Source: Eledone cirrhosa
Taxonomy: Eukaryota
NCBI GenBank assembly: GCA_964016885.1
Contig: OZ024757.1
Coordinates: 1,612,001 to 1,676,000, forward strand
Direction of reading: 5' to 3'
Length of the DNA: 64,000 nt
A model generated the notes under the pieces. The model was not told the DNA's origin and ran no database searches. It saw nothing but the letters and a program-made list of their open reading frames with translations. Below, piece by piece: positions 53,530-64,000 of the stretch. Both the position numbers and the translations under genes were made by a program. Position 1 is the first letter of the stretch, and every line of letters starts with the position of its first letter.

Positions 53530-56500
53530 CTAGTAAGACATCCTCTCTAGTGCTGGTGGCACAAATAAAAGCACCCAGTCCATGCTGTAAAGTGGCGCTG
53601 GTGTTAGGAAGGGCATCCAACCAGTGTATCAATGCCAAAACGCTTATCAGCACAGCAACAAATAGGAACAACAACAAAATATGAAGACGTCGCATCTCAG
53701 AGTTGCAACACTTAATGTTGGCACTCTCAGAGGTAGATCTGCTGAAATAGCGGAGATGCTGGAGAGAAGGCAGGTGGATGAGTGCTGCGTGCAAGAGGTG
53801 AGATGGAGAGGTGCCTCTGCGAGACTAGTCGTAGGCAAGCGTCTTAGCTATAAGCTATTCTGGGTAGGTAGGGATGATGGGTTAGGGGGAGTAGGCATTT
53901 TCCTGGCTGAGAAATGGATCAATAAGACAATAGAGGTAGTTCGAGTTAGTAATCGAATAATTAAGCTTAGATTAGTTGTAGGTAGGAGAATACTGACAAT
54001 CATCTCGGTCTATGCTCCCCAAGCAGGCCTAGGCAAAGATGAGAAAGACTGCTTTTATGAGCAACTTTTGCAAACAACCACAATGACAGAGGACGGAGAC
54101 ATCGTTATGCTAGCAGGAGACTTTAATGGTCATGTTGGACAGCTCCAGGATGGTTACACTGGGGTACATGGTGGGCACGGTTACGGTTCAAGAAATGAAG
54201 AAGGACTGAGACTTCTTGAATTTTGTGATGCGAGTACATTGACTATTTGCAACACAAACTTCCAGAAACCTGCCAATCACCTAATAACCTACAAATCTGG
54301 TGAGCACATAAGCCAGATAGACTTCCTGCTAGTTAGGCAGCGGGACAGGCAGATAGAGTCTAATACCAAGGCATACCCTGGGGAAGAATGTACCCCACAG
54401 CATAGGTTAGTTGTTAGTGATATCTCAGTAAGCAAGAGATGGAATGAGACATATAGGAAGGTGTGGAGAAGAAAGGTCTGGAAGCTAAAAGACCTTTCAC
54501 TAAAATACAAATTTAGGAAAGCCCTTCAAGGTGTATATGACGAAAAAGAAGACGATTTAGAGACGTATGACATAGATAATAACTGGAATTTCTTACGTGA
54601 CAACTTGCTGCAGGCTACTGATGAAACTTGTGGCTGGAGCAGAGCTCCAACCAGACAGAGAGTGACCTGGTGGTGGAACAGCACAGTAGATAAGGCTATT
54701 AGAGACAAAAGACTAGCATGGAAGGCTTGGAAAAAGGGTGGGAGTAGGGAAGAATATACAGCCACTAAGAGAGAAGCTAGACGTCAGGTGTACTTAGCAC
54801 GCAGGGAGGCAGAGAGTAGGAGGTTTGCCAATGTTCTGCGACGGGAAGATCAGAGGCGTGCGGTGTTCCACATTGCAAGGCAGTGTGTCAATGCAAATCA
54901 GGATGTTGTTGGAGATAAATGTGTCCGGGATGATGCCGGTGTACTTAGTGTCACGAATGACCAGAAAAAGGAGGCCTGGAAATGTCATTATGAGAGACTG
55001 AAGAATGTGGAGAACGAATGGGAGAGAGAGAAATTACCCTTGGTAGATCCGACAGAGGGACCAGCTATTGAGATTGACGAATATAGGGTCCAAGAGGCGA
55101 TTAGGGAAATGAAAAATGGTAAGGCGGCCGGACCATCGGGAATAGTTGCTGAGATGCTGAAGGCATCAGGGGACGTAGGCACTAAACTGGTTGCACGCAT
55201 CATCAATCAGGCTATATATGGTGGTGTCATACCCAAAGACTGGTGCAGCAGTATTCTCATAAATTGCTACAAAGGTAAAGGGGATGCTTTGGAGAGGAGC
55301 AATTATAGGGGTATAAAACTAATAGATCAGGTTATGAAAGTGGCAGAAAGGATTTTAGCACAACTAATTAGAGAAAGGGTCAAACTAGATGAGATGCAGT
55401 TTGGTTTTGTGCCTGGGAAGAGTACAACAGATGCCCTCTTCTTGGTGAGACAAATGCAAGAGAGGTTCTTAGAGAAGAATAAGCCACTATACTTAGCCTT
55501 TGTTGACCTAGAGAAGGCCTTTGATAGGGTACCCCGATCTGACATCTGGTGGTCCCTAAGGAAGCTAGGTGTTGAGGAATGGCTTGTGAGGACAGTGCAA
55601 ACTTTGTACAGAGGTACTCTCAGTAAAGTCAGGGTAGGAATGGAGTTTAGTGAGGAATTCCAGATACAAGTAGGAGTACATCAGGGTTCGGTCCTCAGCC
55701 CGCTCTTGTTCATTATAGTCCTCTAAGCCATAACAGAGGAGTTTAAGACTGGCTGTCCATGGGAACTTCTCTATGCTGACGATCTGGCTCTTATAGCAGA
55801 ATCAGTAGAGGAGCTAGAGAATAAATTCCGGCTATGGAAACAGCAGTTGGAAGCAAGAGGACTGAGAGTAAATCTAGCTAAGACAAAAGTGTTGATGAGT
55901 AGAAAAGAGGACAAAACCCTGATTCCGTCAGGGAAATGGCCATGTTCGATATGCAGAAAAGGAACTGGCATAAATTCTATAAAATGCACACAATGCAGGT
56001 CCTGGGTACACAAGAGATGTAGCGGGATAACAGGCAAACTAACAGGTAGGGAGAGATATGTATGCAGTAGATGTACAGGGAAATTAGACAGTAGAAGTCG
56101 CACTGATAGACACATTTTTCAAATGCGAGAGGGCGCTATAGAAGTGGTGGATAGCTTCCGGTACCTAGGAGATCAGATTAGCATGGGAGGAGGGTGTTCC
56201 GAGGCCATAGTATCTAGAATAAGGATGGGTTGGAAGAAGTTTAGGGATATGCTTCCTCTGCTGATGAAGAAGGGTTTCTCCCTGCGTACGAAAGGCCGGT
56301 TGTATGATGCCTGTGTGAGGAGCGCGATGCTGCATGGTAGTGAGACATGGGCAGCAACCGCAGAGGATATGCGACGGCTGGAGAGAAATGAGGCAAGCAT
56401 GCTCCGTTGGATGTGCAGTGTAAATGTGCGTGAACGACCCAGCATAAATGTGTTGAGAGAGAAACTGTGTCTGAGAGGGATAGAATGTAGTGTACGGGAG

Positions 56501-56770
56501 AGGAGACTGAGGTGGTATGGACATGTGATGCGCATGGAGGATGACCGATGGGTGAAGAAGTGCCAGGAAATGCCAGTGAAGGAAGACGTGGTGGAGGTAG
56601 ACCACGAAAAACATGGGCGGAGGTGGTGAGAACAGACCTCAGATCATTGAAGCTCACGGTGGAGATGACGAGGGACCGTGACGAGTGGAGAGATGCTGTG
56701 CTGAATAAGACCCGTCCCACCCTTGCAAGCAGGGAAAAGCGGATGTAAAATGATGATGATGATGATGATG
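53530..56770 (+). mobile_element. Near full-length RTE-clade LINE
   Basis: 5' UTR motif ggtgttaggaagggcatcc, a single APE-RT ORF and a (GAT)n tail at 56750-56770. Confidence 0.92.
53681..56748 (+). pseudogene. RTE ORF (APE, RT, PHD-like finger) with a stop at 55724 and a frameshift near 56580
   Basis: TLNVGTL, VQEVRW, SVYAPQ, AGDFNGHVG, QIDFLL, QFGFVPGKST, DLEKAFDRV, QGSVLSP and YADD. Confidence 0.9.
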
Positions 56771-61544
<4,774 letters not shown>

Positions 61545-62242
61545 GTAGGTCCCGGGTTGAGTCGGGGATAACCACAGTAAGTAAGGTACTCAATACATAG
61601 CAGAGTAAAAAATTTTTATTTTATAGAAGGAGCTTCTACAGGACTAGTACTGTTTCATTCAGATGAAATCTTCAAGAAGCTGGGTGTCATATTAAGTTCT
61701 GGTATTTATACATTTAGGTAGTGGCAAGGGAGGGGTGGTGGATGGGGGGGGGGGGGGTATTTAGATACACAGGACCACTTCATGGCACAGGCCGTTTTTT
61801 CTATGGGGAGTGGTCAATTAGCCAGAGTGCTTTTTTGAAATAAATAAATAAGTAAATAAATAAATAAATGAATAAATAAATAGATAAATGAATAAATAAA
61901 TAAAATAAATAAAGAAATAAATAAAAAATAAATAAATAAAAACCCCAAGAATAGTAATTCAACAGATATATAGTAGGGAAATTTAGGTGGGTTGGTAATA
62001 GAAATTAAACATTTAACAAGACCGAATCAAGGCACAGACTGGGGTGAGTGGTCAAGTTAACATACAAGCCACAGGTGGCCAGAGTGTTTTTGTAGAATGG
62101 AAAGAATAAAATATATTTACATACTCACAACCACATACAAAAACACTTACACACACACATACATATATACTTATATATATATATACACACACATATACAC
62201 ATGCGTGTGTGTGTGTGCACACCTACACATTCACACACACAT

Positions 62243-62297
<55 letters not shown>

Positions 62298-62714
62298 TGT
62301 GTGCGCATACACATACACACCCACACACATACATATACACACACACACACATACATACATACACATATATACATATATACACAGGAAAAACACAAACACA
62401 CAAATATACACACACACACGCATACACATACACACACATATATATATATATATCTACACGTACACACGCGCGCATACACATACATATACATATATATATA
62501 TATACATATATATGCATACATACACATATATATATATATACATATATATACACACCTACAGGTACGTATGTCTCTCTCATGTAAACTATACTATACATAC
62601 ATTTGCACACACATACATACACACACACACACAAACACATACATTCACACATATATATACATATATACACATACACACACACATACATATATAATCTTAT
62701 ATATATATATATAT

Positions 62715-62765
<51 letters not shown>

Positions 62766-64000
62766 CATGTATATACATATATATATATATATACATACAT
62801 ATACATACACACACACACATATATATACGTATATACATACACACGCATACAAATTTACAAGCAAACACGCATACATACACATACATACATACAAATAAGT
62901 ACACAAACGCATATGCACAAACACGCACTCGTTCGCACTCATACATGTGTCTATAATATAAAGGTAGTGGGACAAATTTTAAATTTTAAATTTTAAACTG
63001 GGCCTGATAGAGGATTAAAATAATTAATGTCACTATTAAGTTATTAATAGTATCATCAAGTAATTAATTACTATTTATTATTTATTACTTACTATTTACC
63101 ATTCACTATTCGTTACCTATCTTTTATCCTTTATCTATTCAATACCTAATCATTCACTCATAAATTAATAAATAAATAAATGAAAGAGTTAACTAACAAA
63201 CGAACAAACAAACAAGCAGATAAACAAATAAACCAGTAAATAAGCAAATAAATAAACAAGTAAATAAATAAATGGATAAATAAATAAATAAGTAAATAAA
63301 GTAACTAAATAAATAAATAAATAAATAACTAAATAAATATACAAGTTAAATAGATAAATAAATCATGAACGTGTGCGTGCAGCAGTTCATAACTGCACGT
63401 ATGCAAACATGAGCAGGTATATACGTGAATTTGTGTGTGCGGCCACGGAACTTTACTCAGAGGCATACAACACAATATATAAGACCTGGAGGGGAGGAAA
63501 GAAGGTAATAATGAGAGATAGAGGGGAGGAAAGAGGGTAATAATGAGAGATGGAGGGACGGAAATGGGAAGGGGGCTGGGGTGGGGTGGTGATATGAGGG
63601 GGAGGTCAGTCGGGGGGCCGGGGGGTCTGTAGTTTTTGTAATTTGCATAGTTCTTGTGCATGCAATTAGGGGAGTGTTCCGAGATCTTGTTGAGGAGAGG
63701 GCCTTTGGCGAATAGAATCTCATAGCTCTCGGAGATACAGAGGTCACAGCAATTATGGCCTCCCGTGTATGATCGCGCTCTCTGGAGTAGTCTCCATTGG
63801 GTCTTGAAGGGGATGGAGTTCCTTTTTAGGTGCCAGATGTGGGCGGCGAGTGTAGTTTGGTTAGATTTGTCTGGGCGCCGGAACGAATGTGTGTGGGCGT
63901 ACCAGCGAGTCTTAAAACTATTAGAAGTCATCCCGATGTACGAGTTTCTTTTTTCATCGGGGCCTGAGAGTACATCGCATATATACACGAGATCTTTTTT
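61545..64000 (-). mobile_element. Penelope-like element 3' part: GIY-YIG endonuclease plus long microsatellite-containing UTR
   Basis: VYIC...SYIGMTSNSFKTRWYAHTHSF..TTLAAHIWHLK..CDLCISESYEIL..LLNKISE..CMH at 63640-63988. The element runs off the window and its left boundary is approximate. Confidence 0.75.

Overview
Repeat-saturated eukaryotic DNA with no recognisable host gene. The SINE/RTE repertoire and very long TA/CA microsatellites suggest a coleoid cephalopod (octopus-like), which is an inference. The window holds RTE, CR1 and L1/Tx1 LINEs, Penelope-like (GIY-YIG) fragments, two Helitrons, two TTAA-type MITEs, tRNA-derived SINEs, several TE-derived minisatellites and many inverted repeats. 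Two systems stand out. (1) At 5140-6620 a nested palindrome of a hammerhead-ribozyme-bearing element carries about 50 A>G changes on the same strand in both hairpin arms. The boundary of this pattern brackets the predicted ribozyme cleavage site, so it looks like an ADAR hyper-edited, self-cleaved RNA written back into the genome. (2) Two ~99% identical full-length Tx1-clade LINEs sit at the same nucleotide of a 72-bp satellite that grew inside two separate, ~80% identical TTAA MITEs, pointing to a target-specific retrotransposon/MITE/satellite system. All counts and identities are by-eye estimates.
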